Assembly (NCBI GenBank): GCA_902790595.1
Contig: CADASL010000007.1
Coordinates: forward strand, 30,200-94,199
Source of the DNA: an uncultured Bacteroidales bacterium
Lineage (GTDB): Bacteria; Bacteroidota; Bacteroidia; Bacteroidales; SZUA-534
Length of the DNA stretch: 64,000 nucleotides
Direction: 5' to 3'
Positions 37,547-48,669 of the stretch are shown here, one piece after another. The notes under the pieces were generated by a model. It had not been told where the DNA came from, did not search any database, and worked only from the letters and a program-made list of their open reading frames with translations. Every line of letters begins with the position of its first letter. The first letter of the stretch is position 1. The position numbers were made by a program, and so were the translations under genes.

Positions 37547-38242
37547 TTACTTTTGACGTTTTTTAAGTCCCTTCTTTTGCGGCTGAGTAGCGCCCACGTT
37601 TGGCGAAAGGTCGCGTTTTCCGTAAACCTCACCTTTGCAAATCCAAACCTTGATGCCAATCAGGCCCACTTTAGTCAATGCCTCAACTTGTGCGTAGTCG
37701 ATGTCGGCGCGCAGAGTGTGCAATGGAATGCGACCCTCTTTGAAGATTTCCGACCTTGCCATTTCAGCACCGCCCAGGCGTCCCGATACCTGAACCTTGA
37801 TGCCTTCGGCACCCATACGCATTGTTGATGCTATGCCCATTTTCACTGCACGGCGATAAGACACGCGGCCTTCCAGCTGACGGGCGATGTTGCTACCTAC
37901 AAGGAATGCATCAAGTTCCGGTCTCTTTATTTCAAAGATGTTGATTTGCACTTCCTTCTTGGTTATTTTCTTCAGCTCCTCTTTCAGCTTGTCAACCTCC
38001 TGACCACCTTTGCCGATGATGATACCCGGACGGGCAGTGTTCACGGTGATGGTGATGAGTTTCAGCGTGCGCTCGATGATGATTTTCGATACGCTTGCCT
38101 TTGCTAAACGAGCTTGAAGATACTCACGGATTTTGCTGTCCTCAAGAATTTTTTCCGAGTATTTCTTGCCACCAAACCAGTTAGAATCCCAACCTTTGAT
38201 GACACCTAACCTATTTCCTATCGGATTACATTTCTGTCCCAT
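37547..38242 (-). CDS. rpsC: 30S ribosomal protein S3
   Basis: [23 protein letters not shown]... Confidence 0.95.
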   Translation of the reverse strand: MGQKCNPIGNRLGVIKGWDSNWFGGKKYSEKILEDSKIREYLQARLAKASVSKIIIERTLKLITITVNTARPGIIIGKGGQEVDKLKEELKKITKKEVQINIFEIKRPELDAFLVGSNIARQLEGRVSYRRAVKMGIASTMRMGAEGIKVQVSGRLGGAEMARSEIFKEGRIPLHTLRADIDYAQVEALTKVGLIGIKVWICKGEVYGKRDLSPNVGATQPQKKGLKKRQK

Positions 38243-38659
38243 TTATTCACTTTTTTCGTTTGTTTGACTCTTGCTATCAACAACAACTGTAACGTGGTTT
38301 GAACGCTTTCTGATGCGGTAACCGCGTCCCTGCGGAGCAGGACGGAGTCTTTTCAATTGGCGGCCCGAATCCACTGAAATCTCTTTCACGTAGAGGTTGG
38401 CCTCTTCAATTCTTGCTCCTTCGTTCTTTTGCTGCCAGTTTGCGATAGCTGACAATAACAGTTTCTCAACTCTTACAGAAGCTTCTTTAGGACAATAGCG
38501 AAGCAAGCTCAACGCTTTGTTGACTTCTACGCCACGAACCATATCTGCAATCAAACGCATTTTGCGGGGAGATGTGGGGCAGTCGTTCAGCTTTGCGAAG
38601 CTGATGCTCTTTCTCTCCTCTTTCATTTGATTGGCCATATTTCTTTTTCTTGCACCCAT
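38243..38659 (-). CDS. rplV: 50S ribosomal protein L22
   Basis: ...[24 protein letters not shown]... Confidence 0.95.
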   Translation of the reverse strand: MGARKRNMANQMKEERKSISFAKLNDCPTSPRKMRLIADMVRGVEVNKALSLLRYCPKEASVRVEKLLLSAIANWQQKNEGARIEEANLYVKEISVDSGRQLKRLRPAPQGRGYRIRKRSNHVTVVVDSKSQTNEKSE

Positions 38660-38679
38660 GTTAGTTCCGATTTACATTA

Positions 38680-38946
38680 TTATTTTTTCTTTCCTCCGTG
38701 ACCTCTGAACTGACGGGTTGGGGCAAATTCACCGAGTTTGTGGCCTACCATATTCTCAGTCACATAAACTGGTATAAAGCGGTTTCCATTATGAACAGCA
38801 AAGGTATGCCCAACAAAGTCTGGAGAAATCATTGAAGCCCTCGACCAGGTTTTGATAACGTCTTTCTTGCCCGATTCATTCATGGCTGTCACTTTCGCGT
38901 CCAGCTTGTAATGAATGTACGGTCCTTTTTTTAACGAACGACTCAT
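38680..38946 (-). CDS. rpsS: 30S ribosomal protein S19
   Basis: [15 protein letters not shown]... Confidence 0.95.
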   Translation of the reverse strand: MSRSLKKGPYIHYKLDAKVTAMNESGKKDVIKTWSRASMISPDFVGHTFAVHNGNRFIPVYVTENMVGHKLGEFAPTRQFRGHGGKKK

Positions 38947-38952
38947 AATCTA

Positions 38953-39783
38953 TTATGCTTTACTTTTTCTACGTTCAACAATCAACTTATTAGACTGCTT
39001 CTTCGGACGGCGTGTCTTGTATCCCTTAGCTGGCATACCATTCCTTGAACGCGGGTGTCCGCCTGAAGCACGTCCTTCGCCACCACCCATCGGGTGATCG
39101 ACTGGGTTCATCACAACACCACGGTTGCGTGGTCTGCGACCCAGCCAGCGCGAACGGCCGGCTTTGCCTGACACTTCCAAAGCGTGATCTGAATTGCCGA
39201 CAACTCCAATAGTTGCTTTGCATGTTACCAATACCATACGGATTTCTCCCGAAGGCAATTTCACAATTGCGTACTTTCCTTCGCGTGATGTAAGTTGCGC
39301 AAACGTTCCGGCGCTGCGTGCCATACTACCTCCCGCGTTGGGGCGTAACTCAATGTTGTGAATGATAGTACCGAGTGGAATCTCTGAAAGGTACAGTGCG
39401 TTGCCGACCTCGGGTGCAACACCCTTGCCCGACATAACAACCTGGCCAACGGTCAAGCCGTTTGGTGCCAGAATGTACCTTTTTTCTCCATCGGCGTAAA
39501 CAACTAAAGCGATGCGAGCGCTACGATTTGGATCGTACTCGATCGATTTAACTGTTCCAGGAATGCCATCTTTGTCGCGTTTGAAGTCGACAATACGATA
39601 GCGTTGTTTGTGTCCACCACCTATATATCTCATTGTTAGACGTCCGTCGTTGTTACGACCTCCGGACTTCCTTAATGGACTTAACAATGATTTTTCAGGT
39701 GTCGTGGTGGTTACTGTCTCAAAGTTGCTAACCACCTTGCCTCGCTGACCCGCTGTAACGGGTTTTAGTTTTTTCGCGGCCAT
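38953..39783 (-). CDS. rplB: 50S ribosomal protein L2
   Basis: ...[15 protein letters not shown]...[13 protein letters not shown]. Confidence 0.95.
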   Translation of the reverse strand: MAAKKLKPVTAGQRGKVVSNFETVTTTTPEKSLLSPLRKSGGRNNDGRLTMRYIGGGHKQRYRIVDFKRDKDGIPGTVKSIEYDPNRSARIALVVYADGEKRYILAPNGLTVGQVVMSGKGVAPEVGNALYLSEIPLGTIIHNIELRPNAGGSMARSAGTFAQLTSREGKYAIVKLPSGEIRMVLVTCKATIGVVGNSDHALEVSGKAGRSRWLGRRPRNRGVVMNPVDHPMGGGEGRASGGHPRSRNGMPAKGYKTRRPKKQSNKLIVERRKSKA

Positions 39784-39801
39784 TATCTATTTTTATAAAT
39801 A

Positions 39802-40092
39802 CTAAATATTGCTATAAAAATCAATTGCCTGTCCCTCTTTCAGAGTTACAATGGCTTTTTTGTAAGCGTTGGTGCGACCCTCGACAAAACCGGCCTTGGT
39901 GTAGCGCGATTTGCGCTTGCCTGCGTAGCGGATTGTGTTCACAGAATCGACTTTAACGCCATACAAATCCTCAACTTCTTTGCGGATTTGCAGTTTGTCT
40001 GCTTTCTTATCAACAATGAAACCATAACGGTTCAGCTTCTCAGCCTGGGCCGTCATCTTCTCGGTTATTATCGGCTTAATAATAATACTCAT
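39802..40092 (-). CDS. rplW: 50S ribosomal protein L23
   Basis: MSIIIKPIITEKMTAQAEKLNRYGFIVD. Confidence 0.9.
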   Translation of the reverse strand: MSIIIKPIITEKMTAQAEKLNRYGFIVDKKADKLQIRKEVEDLYGVKVDSVNTIRYAGKRKSRYTKAGFVEGRTNAYKKAIVTLKEGQAIDFYSNI

Positions 40093-40105
40093 AGCTTATC
40101 CTCCT

Positions 40106-40732
40106 CTATCCTAATAAGTTATCGATTATCTCCAATGAAGCCTCAGTAAACACGAGTGATGTGGCGTTCATTATTTGATAAGTGTTCAAAAGGTCGGCTG
40201 TTGTTACTTCAACACCCTCCAGATTTCGAGCCGACAAATATATGTTTTTATTGCTATCACTTAACACCAGCAACGATTTTTTGCCGTTGATTTTCAAGTT
40301 GTCAAGCAAAGCAACATATGCCTTTGTCTTTGGCTCGTTGATTGCGATGTTGTCGACAACGATTATCTCGTTTGCTTTTGCCTTGTACGACAATGCCGAC
40401 TTGCGGGCCAGTTGTTTAACTTTCTTGTTCAGTTTGAACGAATAGTCGCGTGGCTCCGGACCGAATACACGGCCACCGCCTACGAAAACTGGCGCCTTGA
40501 TGCTGCCGCAACGTGCTCCGCCGGTACCTTTCTGCTTTTTCAGCTTGCGGGTGCTGCCCGAAACCTCGTTACGCTGCTTCGATTTATGTGTGCCTTGGCG
40601 TTGGTTTGCCAAATACTGCTTTACGTCAAGATAGATTGCGTGATCGTTGGGGTCTATACCATAGATGGAATCATTCAAATTGACGTTCTTGCCAGTCTCT
40701 TTTCCTTCTTGATTTAAAACTTTCAATTCCAT
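40106..40732 (-). CDS. rplD: 50S ribosomal protein L4
   Basis: ...[32 protein letters not shown]. Confidence 0.95.
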   Translation of the reverse strand: MELKVLNQEGKETGKNVNLNDSIYGIDPNDHAIYLDVKQYLANQRQGTHKSKQRNEVSGSTRKLKKQKGTGGARCGSIKAPVFVGGGRVFGPEPRDYSFKLNKKVKQLARKSALSYKAKANEIIVVDNIAINEPKTKAYVALLDNLKINGKKSLLVLSDSNKNIYLSARNLEGVEVTTADLLNTYQIMNATSLVFTEASLEIIDNLLG

Positions 40733-41349
40733 TATTTCTCAATTATTAAGTATGAACCTTTGTGACCTGGTACCGATCCCTTAACTAAAATCAGGTTGTT
40801 CTCCGGCAGAATTTTCACGATGCGCAAGCTCAAAACTTTGACTTGGTCGCAACCCATACGGCCTGCCATACGCATGCCTGGCATAACGCGTGAAGGGTAA
40901 GATGACGCACCCAAAGAACCCGGGTGGCGTCCGCGGTTGTGCTGGCCGTGTGTCGCGTCGTTCACGCCATTGAAGTTGTGGCGGCGAACTACGCCCTGGA
41001 ATCCCTTACCTTTAGAGATGCCGGTCACGTCAACCCAAGACTCGTCGTTGAAAATGTCTACGGTGAGCACATCACCCAATTTGTAATCGCCTTCAAAATT
41101 AGCGAACTCGGCAACTTTTGCTTTTGGCGCGGTGCCGGCTTTTTTGAAGTGTCCCAATTCGGCTTTGGTGAAGTTCTTTTCACTCTTGTCCTCATAGCCC
41201 AATTGTAGCGCGTTGTAACCGTCTGTCTCAACGGTCTTCACTTGCGTAACAACGCAAGGTCCTGCTTCGATAACAGTGCATGGAATGTTTTTTCCCTCGG
41301 CACTGAAAATCGATGTCATTCCGATTTTTTTACCTATTAATCCAGCCAT
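40732..41349 (-). CDS. rplC: 50S ribosomal protein L3
   Basis: [15 protein letters not shown]... Confidence 0.95.
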   Translation of the reverse strand: MAGLIGKKIGMTSIFSAEGKNIPCTVIEAGPCVVTQVKTVETDGYNALQLGYEDKSEKNFTKAELGHFKKAGTAPKAKVAEFANFEGDYKLGDVLTVDIFNDESWVDVTGISKGKGFQGVVRRHNFNGVNDATHGQHNRGRHPGSLGASSYPSRVMPGMRMAGRMGCDQVKVLSLRIVKILPENNLILVKGSVPGHKGSYLIIEK

Positions 41350-41368
41350 TTTTATAATTTATAAAATG

Positions 41369-41674
41369 TCATACTTTAATTTCAACTTCAACGCCGCTGG
41401 GCAGTTCAAGTTTCATCAAGGCGTCGATGGTCTTAGCTGTAGAGCTGTAGATGTCGAGAAGCCTTTTGTAAGAAGACAGCTCAAACTGTTCGCGCGATTT
41501 TTTGTTCACGAAAGTTGAGCGCAGCACTGTGAACACACGGCGGTGAGTCGGGAGTGGAATTGGTCCGCTAACAACTGCGCCAGTGGTCTTTACTGTCTTC
41601 ACGATCTTCTCGGCCGACTTGTCAACCAAGTTGTGATCGTAAGATTTCAATTTGATTCTGATTTTTTGGCTCAT
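41369..41674 (-). CDS. rpsJ: 30S ribosomal protein S10
   Basis: [25 protein letters not shown]... Confidence 0.95.
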   Translation of the reverse strand: MSQKIRIKLKSYDHNLVDKSAEKIVKTVKTTGAVVSGPIPLPTHRRVFTVLRSTFVNKKSREQFELSSYKRLLDIYSSTAKTIDALMKLELPSGVEVEIKV

Positions 41675-41697
41675 ATTATTTAATGTATAACAAGAAA

Positions 41698-43797
41698 TTA
41701 TTTTCCTTTCATTTTCTCGAGAACTTCAGTAGCCACGTTTTTCGGTGTCTCGGCGTAGTGCGAGAACTCCATACTTGAAGTTGCGCGGCCCGATGTGATA
41801 GTACGCAGAACGGTTACATAGCCGAACATCTCCGACAGAGGAACGTTTGCTTTCACAACGCGGTCACCTGTTGCGCGTGACTCCATACCCTCTACCTGGC
41901 CGCGGCGTTTGTTAAGGTCGCCGATAACATCACCCATATAGTCCTCAGGAGTTACAACCTCAACGTGCATAATAGGCTCGAGAAGGATTGGTTTCGCTTT
42001 GGCGCAAGCCTCGCGGAATGCCTGACGGCCTGCAATCTCAAACGACAGCTGGTCAGAGTCAACCGGGTGGAACGAACCATCGACCAACTCAACCTGAAGG
42101 CTGTCAACCGGGAATCCGGCCAACGGACCGTTCTTCATAGCCTCTTTGAAGCCTTTCTCTACTGAAGGAATATATTCTGCCGGGATGTGACCACCCTTGA
42201 TAGAATCGATGAATGTCAAGCCCTCTTTGCCTTCCTCGGCCGGTGAAACCTTAACCACAATGTCGGCAAATTTACCACGACCACCAGTCTGTTTCTTGAA
42301 CACCTCGCGGTGATCGACAGTGGCTGTGATGGCCTCTTTGTATGCAACCTGGGGTGCGCCCTGGTTAACCTCAACCTTGAACTCGCGTTTCAGACGGTCG
42401 ATAAGGATGTCCAAGTGCAACTCGCCCATACCGCTGATTACTATCTGGCCCGAATCCTGATCGGTCTTCAAAGTAAAGGTTGGGTCTTCCTCTGCCAACT
42501 TAATCAGAGCTGCATCAAGTTTCTCCATATCGCCTTGAGTCTTAGGCTCGATGGCGATGCTGATAACCGGTTTCGGGAACGTCATACTCTCGAGTACAAT
42601 CGGTGCACTCTCAGCGCACAATGTGTCGCCTGTGCGGATGTCTTTGAAACCGATACCTGCGCAAATATCACCAGCCTCAATCTTCTCCATCGGGTTCTGG
42701 TGGTTAGAGTGCATCTGGAACAGACGCGAGATGCGTTCTTTCTTGCCTGTGCGCATATTCAGGACAGTGTCGCCTGCGTTGAGCACACCGCTGTAAACAC
42801 GGATAAAGCACAAACGGCCTACATACGGGTCGGTGGCAATCTTGAATGCCAGACCGCAGAACGGCTCTTTTGCGTCAACCTTTCTGTCTTCCTCAGCCTC
42901 AGTTGCCGGGTTTGTGCCCACAATTGCAGGAACGTCAACCGGGCTCGGCAGGAATGCTGCAACAGCGTCCAACAGACGTTGGATACCTTTGTTTTTGAAA
43001 GCTGAACCGCACAATACCGGAACAATCATCTGCTCGATTGTGGCACGGCGGATTACGCTCTTAATCTCGTCAACTGTGATTGAATCGGGGTCTTCGAAGA
43101 AACGCTCCAACAGAGTGTCGTCCAACTCAGCAACTGACTCAATCAGTTTTGCGCGGTACTCGTTGGCTGTCTCAACCAATTCCTCCGGAATGTCGATGTA
43201 TTTGTAGTTGGTACCCATTTGAGCGTCATCAATCCAAACGATGGCCTTCATTTCGATAAGGTCAACCAAACCACGGAAATCGGCTTCTGAACCGATTGGA
43301 ATGTGGATTGTAACAGCGTTTGCGTTCAGGCGCTCGCGGATTTGGTTAACAACTGAGAAGTAGTCGGCACCGATACGGTCCATCTTGTTGACGAACGCGA
43401 TACGCGGAACGTGATACTTGTTGGCCTGACGCCATACAGTCTCCGACTGCGGCTCAACACCACCAACTGCGCAGTAAACGGCTACAGCGCCGTCCAAAAC
43501 GCGAAGACAACGCTCAACCTCAACAGTGAAGTCAACGTGTCCCGGAGTGTCAATCAAGTTGTACTTGTACTCGTTGCCATTATATTTCCAAAAGCAGGTG
43601 GTAGCAGCTGAAGTGATGGTGATACCACGCTCCTGCTCCTGTGCCATCCAGTCCATTGTTGCGGCGCCATCGTGCACCTCGCCAATGCGGTGGGTAATAC
43701 CTGTGTAAAACAGAATACGTTCTGAGGTTGTTGTTTTTCCGGCATCGATGTGAGCCATAATGCCGAAGTTACGAGTGTATCTAAGATCTCTTGCCAT
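41698..43797 (-). CDS. fusA: Elongation factor G
   Basis: [33 protein letters not shown] and NKMD GTPase motifs; 699 aa. Confidence 0.95.
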   Translation of the reverse strand: MARDLRYTRNFGIMAHIDAGKTTTSERILFYTGITHRIGEVHDGAATMDWMAQEQERGITITSAATTCFWKYNGNEYKYNLIDTPGHVDFTVEVERCLRVLDGAVAVYCAVGGVEPQSETVWRQANKYHVPRIAFVNKMDRIGADYFSVVNQIRERLNANAVTIHIPIGSEADFRGLVDLIEMKAIVWIDDAQMGTNYKYIDIPEELVETANEYRAKLIESVAELDDTLLERFFEDPDSITVDEIKSVIRRATIEQMIVPVLCGSAFKNKGIQRLLDAVAAFLPSPVDVPAIVGTNPATEAEEDRKVDAKEPFCGLAFKIATDPYVGRLCFIRVYSGVLNAGDTVLNMRTGKKERISRLFQMHSNHQNPMEKIEAGDICAGIGFKDIRTGDTLCAESAPIVLESMTFPKPVISIAIEPKTQGDMEKLDAALIKLAEEDPTFTLKTDQDSGQIVISGMGELHLDILIDRLKREFKVEVNQGAPQVAYKEAITATVDHREVFKKQTGGRGKFADIVVKVSPAEEGKEGLTFIDSIKGGHIPAEYIPSVEKGFKEAMKNGPLAGFPVDSLQVELVDGSFHPVDSDQLSFEIAGRQAFREACAKAKPILLEPIMHVEVVTPEDYMGDVIGDLNKRRGQVEGMESRATGDRVVKANVPLSEMFGYVTVLRTITSGRATSSMEFSHYAETPKNVATEVLEKMKGK

Positions 43798-43810
43798 TGT
43801 TTTCTTCTAA

Positions 43811-44287
43811 TTAAAAGCGGAAGTGCGAGAATGCCTTGTTAGCCTCGGCCATACGGTGTATTTCTTCTTTCCTCTTGAATGCTCCACCCTCTTCGTTGAA
43901 TGCTGCCATAATCTCGGCAGAAAGTTTGTCGGCCATTGAGCGTCCGGCGCGTTTGCGAGCGAACAGAATCATATTCTTCATACTCATGGCCACCTTGCGG
44001 GTTTCACGAATCTCCTGCGGAATCTGGAATGTTGCACCACCAACGCGGCGGCTGCGAACCTCGACTTGCGGGGTTACATTCTGCAGAGCCTTCTTCCAAA
44101 TGTCAAGAGGCGACAATTCGTTGTCTTTCATTTTGGCACCAACTATATCGAGCGAATCGTAGAAAATCTCGAATGCCGTGCTCTTTTTCCCGTCCAACAT
44201 CAGGTTGTTGACAAAACGGGTAACCAATACATCATTGAACTTTGGATCTGGTAACAGAATCCTGCTCTTTGGTTTTGCTTTTCTCAT
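43811..44287 (-). CDS. rpsG: 30S ribosomal protein S7
   Basis: [19 protein letters not shown]... Confidence 0.95.
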   Translation of the reverse strand: MRKAKPKSRILLPDPKFNDVLVTRFVNNLMLDGKKSTAFEIFYDSLDIVGAKMKDNELSPLDIWKKALQNVTPQVEVRSRRVGGATFQIPQEIRETRKVAMSMKNMILFARKRAGRSMADKLSAEIMAAFNEEGGAFKRKEEIHRMAEANKAFSHFRF

Positions 44288-44303
44288 CTTACTATATTAT
44301 AAA

Positions 44304-44678
44304 TTATTTTTTAGGTCTTTTAGCACCATACTTTGAGCGACGTTGTTTGCGTCCCTCTACTCCCGATGTATCCAAAGCACCACGGATAATGTGGTAACGA
44401 ACACCTGGTAGATCCTTAACACGACCTCCGCGGATCATCACAATTGAGTGCTCCTGCAAATTGTGACCTTCTCCCGGAATGTAAGAGTTCACTTCCTTAC
44501 CATTTGTCAAACGAACACGGGCAACTTTACGCATTGCCGAGTTCGGTTTCTTTGGTGTAGTGGTGTAAACACGCACGCACACACCACGGCGTTGAGGGCA
44601 CGAATCCAAGGCTGGTGCCTTGCTCTTCTTGTCCATTTCTACTCGCCCTTTTCTTACTAATTGTTGTATAGTTGGCAT
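44304..44678 (-). CDS. rpsL: 30S ribosomal protein S12
   Basis: [12 protein letters not shown]...; start at 44678 rather than the upstream ORF-track start. Confidence 0.95.
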   Translation of the reverse strand: MPTIQQLVRKGRVEMDKKSKAPALDSCPQRRGVCVRVYTTTPKKPNSAMRKVARVRLTNGKEVNSYIPGEGHNLQEHSIVMIRGGRVKDLPGVRYHIIRGALDTSGVEGRKQRRSKYGAKRPKK

Positions 44679-44724
44679 ATTATTTATTAATAAAATGTAT
44701 ATAATTCTCCGCAAAATCGGTTCG

Positions 44725-44732
44725 CAAAGGTA
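44725..44732 (-). promoter_or_regulatory. Candidate -7 promoter element (TACCTTTG) for the rpsL operon
   Basis: TAnnTTTG match on the minus strand about 46 nt upstream of the rpsL ATG. Confidence 0.4.
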
Positions 44733-44903
44733 AAAACAATTTCTTCTTAATCAATACTCTCAAAATAAATATTTTGAAAAATGATTTTCACCTACGCAAA
44801 GCCCACAATTTGAGGGACGAACGGCATTCCTGCCAGGTTGCCGGCACTGTTATGAACACTTGTCAACAACTGCCCGGCAGCTGCCGCGTTGCAATATGGA
44901 AAC

Positions 44904-44934
44904 AAAAAAGGCGGCAAAACTGCCGCCTTTTTTA
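44904..44934. terminator. Hairpin terminator downstream of the TBDR gene
   Basis: A-run, AAGGCGGCA-aaac-TGCCGCCTT, then a T-run. Confidence 0.7.
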
Positions 44935-44952
44935 TACCTATATAATATGGTG

Positions 44953-47703
44953 TCAGAACTTGATGTCGAAGCCGAGCAAATAGTAGCCTTTGGTCTCGTC
45001 CATCCAGGCAAATTCGCGCTTTTTGTCGCCGAAAGCATTGCGGGCGTTCACAAATACAGCGTTGTCTTTCCAAACCTTGTACGAAATCTTGCAGTTCATA
45101 GTGAATTTGGGGTCAACCTCGAATGTGCCGTTCGATGTTTTGTAAGTCTGTTTTGAATAGAAGTTGCCGCTGGCATAAATGTTCAGCTTCTCGATTGGCG
45201 TGTAGTTGAGACTGAATCCGCCGAAGAAACTTGGTGTGGCCTTGTGGTCGATAGTCTCTTTCTTGTAGCGGCCGTCGTATTGCACCAATCCCATACCTTG
45301 CAGTTGCTGAAGGGTTTGGTCATACACTTCGGCATTGAATTGCTGCTCGGCAATTGCTGAAGGAATGCCAGTTGCTTCAATTTCGGCTTGTTCAGCCAAC
45401 AAATGAGCGGCAGCAGCAGCTTGCTGGACCTCGGCAGAACTTGTCTTCATCATCTCTACTGAATGAATTGCAGCTTGCTCTTGAGACATACCTGCTTCCA
45501 CAAGTTTCTGAATTAAAATCCGTTGTGTTAAGCCAGTTTCAATCTGTTGCATTCCGCCAGCTGCAAGTTGCTGCTGAACTCCGGCTTTAAATGGTGTTAC
45601 GAAATAATTGTCAATTCCTTGTCCTACGACGCCTTTTCCTTGTGAGGCATTGACCGCGGCAAGAGTTGTCATATCGGTAATGATAGTGGAATTGTTATAG
45701 CAGACGTGATTTTTCAGCTGTGTTTTCTGGAAAGTGCCGAACGCTTTGAAAATCAACTTTTCTGTAGCCACCCATTCCAAATTCAGTGTGACGCCAGTCT
45801 GGTGAGCCTCAACATCAATGTTCTGGTATTTCAAGTCAACAGCATTTGGTATTGCGGGCGCAGGCGCTGGCTGCTTGGTTGTAAACACGGTTCCAACTTG
45901 TGGCAGATTAACATTTGCCACCATCGAATCAACGTGTACGAAAGCTGTCATCGACTCGGGCAGCAAGCAGCCGAAATCCTTGGTGATTGTTGAAAACGCC
46001 TCAACTTCAACAAGCAGGTTGCGAACCGGACGGACTCTGTAGCCCAACTCAAACATTGTCATATTGGCGAGTTTCTGCTCCTTGTTACCACTGAACTTCA
46101 TCTTCAACGGCATCGGGCGAACACCCTCGCGGTCCCACAAATAGTTAGAATAGGATTCAACCATAAACGGACCACGGTTGGCACGCGAAACCACGCCGCG
46201 AATCATATGCTTGTTATTCAGATTGTAGCTGGCGACAAACTGGAACGGCAGGTAAACATCGTCGTTCACATTGAACTTTTCAGCGCGCAAACCTCCAATC
46301 AAACGGAGCTTGTCGTCGAGAGCTTTGTAATCAACTCGCAGCGAAGCAGCTGTAGATTTGATACTGACATCGCCATTCAAATAGCCCTTTGTGTATTTAC
46401 CATCAACCGGTTCTTCATCAAGATACGGGGTATCGTCATAAAGTGCGTATTGATAATAAATTCCCGGACGGACATTAAGGTTTCCTAATATGAAATCGTA
46501 CTCGGCGCTCAAGTTGAAGTTCGTGTTGTCGGCCTTAAATCCCTGGTCACCGCGAACAATATCTTGCGTACCCTTCTGCACATTGGCCTGTAATGTCAGA
46601 CCTTTGGCTTTGGCGATGAAGTCAGCATAGAATCCATTCATCTCGCGAGCTGTGGCCGAAACCGCCGGGTCGCCAAACGATGATGATGTCACGTATGAGT
46701 TTTGATAACCGCCAGAAAGTGAGAAGTTAATATCGTCGCTCAAATTATAGTACAATGACAGATTGGCTCCCAAACGGTCAACAGCTGTTTCGGTGTCCTT
46801 ATACCAATCGTCGATTGACTTATTCTGGTTCCAAACTGAGAACCAGCTGCTTGCTGCACTTTTGAATCTGAAATTCGGATTGGCAACGTCTTCCTTGCTC
46901 ATAAGCGAGTCGTTGTCGAAAACATAAAGTTTATCGGTTGTGCGGTTCATTTTCTGATAGTTACCAGACACACGATAGCCGAATTTGCCTATGTTCTGTC
47001 CAACACTCAGGCTTCCCATATAAGAACCGACATTTCCACCCTGCACTTGGCCAAAGACTTGTAAATCCTCAGAATCAGGGGTTTTGGTGATGATGTTGAT
47101 AACACCCGTTACGGCATTTGCGCCATAGAGCGCGCTCGCGGCGCCGCGCACAACCTCAATACGGTCGATGTCGGCAAAATCAACCGGCAGCGACTCCCAG
47201 AACGTACCACCATTAATATAGTTGTAAACGGGACGGCTGTTAATCATCACCAGAGTCATTGAGTTTTCGGTGTAAACCGTAAGGTTGTCGTCAGGGATGT
47301 TGTTGTTTCCACGGATGTGGATATCGTAGTTGCCATTGGTTTTCTCGCGAACGATAACACCCGGCACAAGGCGCAAAGCCTCCTGAATGTTACGGGCGCC
47401 CGAAGCGACAATCTCATCGTATGACAAAACCGTAGTCGAGAGTGGCGATTCAAAACTGCTCTCGGCCTTCTTCGAAGCAGATGTAACATCCTTATTCAAA
47501 AGCATTTCGTAGAATTCATCGAGCGATATGCCTAAAATTTTTGTCAGTTGCATAACATCTTCAATCGGCAACTCGGCCAACTCCTCGTACGACATTGCCA
47601 TAATGTCGGCACGAGTCATTTTTGAAATGTCTTTCTGTTGCCCGAACGATTGTGCCGAAACAAGGGCAACTGCAATAAAACAGAGTATTATTTTCTTAAA
47701 CAT
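44953..47703 (-). CDS. TonB-dependent receptor (not SusC-type) with a helical N-terminal extension and a Q/A/E-rich insertion
   Basis: Signal peptide, then a plug (VLSYDEIVASGARNIQEALRLVPGVIVRE..GNYDIHIRG) and a beta-barrel ending ...GYYLLGFDIKF. About 50 aa of helical sequence precedes the plug. A 94-aa Q/A/E-rich segment sits at aa 709-802. Confidence 0.85.
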   Translation of the reverse strand: MFKKIILCFIAVALVSAQSFGQQKDISKMTRADIMAMSYEELAELPIEDVMQLTKILGISLDEFYEMLLNKDVTSASKKAESSFESPLSTTVLSYDEIVASGARNIQEALRLVPGVIVREKTNGNYDIHIRGNNNIPDDNLTVYTENSMTLVMINSRPVYNYINGGTFWESLPVDFADIDRIEVVRGAASALYGANAVTGVINIITKTPDSEDLQVFGQVQGGNVGSYMGSLSVGQNIGKFGYRVSGNYQKMNRTTDKLYVFDNDSLMSKEDVANPNFRFKSAASSWFSVWNQNKSIDDWYKDTETAVDRLGANLSLYYNLSDDINFSLSGGYQNSYVTSSSFGDPAVSATAREMNGFYADFIAKAKGLTLQANVQKGTQDIVRGDQGFKADNTNFNLSAEYDFILGNLNVRPGIYYQYALYDDTPYLDEEPVDGKYTKGYLNGDVSIKSTAASLRVDYKALDDKLRLIGGLRAEKFNVNDDVYLPFQFVASYNLNNKHMIRGVVSRANRGPFMVESYSNYLWDREGVRPMPLKMKFSGNKEQKLANMTMFELGYRVRPVRNLLVEVEAFSTITKDFGCLLPESMTAFVHVDSMVANVNLPQVGTVFTTKQPAPAPAIPNAVDLKYQNIDVEAHQTGVTLNLEWVATEKLIFKAFGTFQKTQLKNHVCYNNSTIITDMTTLAAVNASQGKGVVGQGIDNYFVTPFKAGVQQQLAAGGMQQIETGLTQRILIQKLVEAGMSQEQAAIHSVEMMKTSSAEVQQAAAAAHLLAEQAEIEATGIPSAIAEQQFNAEVYDQTLQQLQGMGLVQYDGRYKKETIDHKATPSFFGGFSLNYTPIEKLNIYASGNFYSKQTYKTSNGTFEVDPKFTMNCKISYKVWKDNAVFVNARNAFGDKKREFAWMDETKGYYLLGFDIKF

Positions 47704-47725
47704 AATTGCAATTTTAAAAAGTTAG

Positions 47726-48241
47726 TTAATCGACCTTAATACCTAACGACAGCAAGCTCTTACCTGCGCTAACGCCTTGTTCCTGAATGTGCTTAACGCT
47801 GATTTCGAAAGACTGTTGGCCATCGGCCTTAACAAAGTTGATGCCGGAATACGAAGCCGCCAAACCCTGCTTATCGGTGACAACCAGAACACCCCGGCCC
47901 GCCACGTTTTTTGTCACCTCGGCCACATTCGACGATGCTTTGGTTGGCACAAAAACAATGTGGTATTTCGGACAATCGGCTATAGCCATAATCTCTTCAA
48001 CCACAATTTTTTGCTCGCCTACGGTTTTCTTTGCCGTAAACGCTTTCAACTCATTGGTTATTGGCGAACTTCCAAGCACTCCGATTTTAAAATCGCCAGA
48101 ATGCTTCACTTCAGGCCACTCCATATACTTTGTGAAGTTGTAAATGAAAAGAGCCTTGAATTTTTCGTCCTGAGCATTTGCCACGTTATGTATGACAAAA
48201 AACAGCCCAATAACTAAAAAACAAATTTTCTTCATAAGCAT
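47726..48241 (-). CDS. YfiR-like periplasmic protein (DUF4154)
   Basis: Signal peptide plus the KALFIYNFTKYMEWP block characteristic of DUF4154/YfiR. It ends 22 nt upstream of the TBDR gene start. An alternative start is at 48235. Confidence 0.75.
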   Translation of the reverse strand: MLMKKICFLVIGLFFVIHNVANAQDEKFKALFIYNFTKYMEWPEVKHSGDFKIGVLGSSPITNELKAFTAKKTVGEQKIVVEEIMAIADCPKYHIVFVPTKASSNVAEVTKNVAGRGVLVVTDKQGLAASYSGINFVKADGQQSFEISVKHIQEQGVSAGKSLLSLGIKVD

Positions 48242-48271
48242 TAAGATTTATTATTAGTAATGAAACTTATA

Positions 48272-48279
48272 CAAAAGTA
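48272..48279 (-). promoter_or_regulatory. Candidate -7 promoter element (TACTTTTG) for the yfiR-like/TBDR operon
   Basis: TAnnTTTG match on the minus strand about 30 nt upstream of ATG 48241. Confidence 0.45.
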
Positions 48280-48614
48280 TAGATAATTTCCAATTTAAAT
48301 AAAAGTAACATTCACTTAAAATTTCATTTCTTCCTTGTCAATGCACCAGAAAAAACAACATTCTTATTCAAAATACACCGGCAAAGGAATCGTGAAACCA
48401 CCAAAAACATTTCTCAATAATTGAAAAATGTGTGTTAAATCTTGAAATAATGCTAAACCTGACATTCTTACCCATATAATGATGTTTCAAAAATATGACA
48501 TTAACTTTATGCGAAAGCCGCCACTTAATATCTGGTTGGAATGGGTTAACAATTGGTAGGTTTTAACAAATAAGTGGAAAATCCGTGTCGGGAAACGGCA
48601 CACGAATCCACCGA

Positions 48615-48642
48615 ACAAAAAAAGCACCCGGATTCCGGATGC
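48615..48642 (-). terminator. Terminator of the 48670-49863 gene
   Basis: On the minus strand, a GCATCCGG-aat-CCGGGTGC stem followed by a T-run. Confidence 0.6.
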
Positions 48643-48669
48643 TTTTAAGTTTTCTATGCGAAACGTTTT

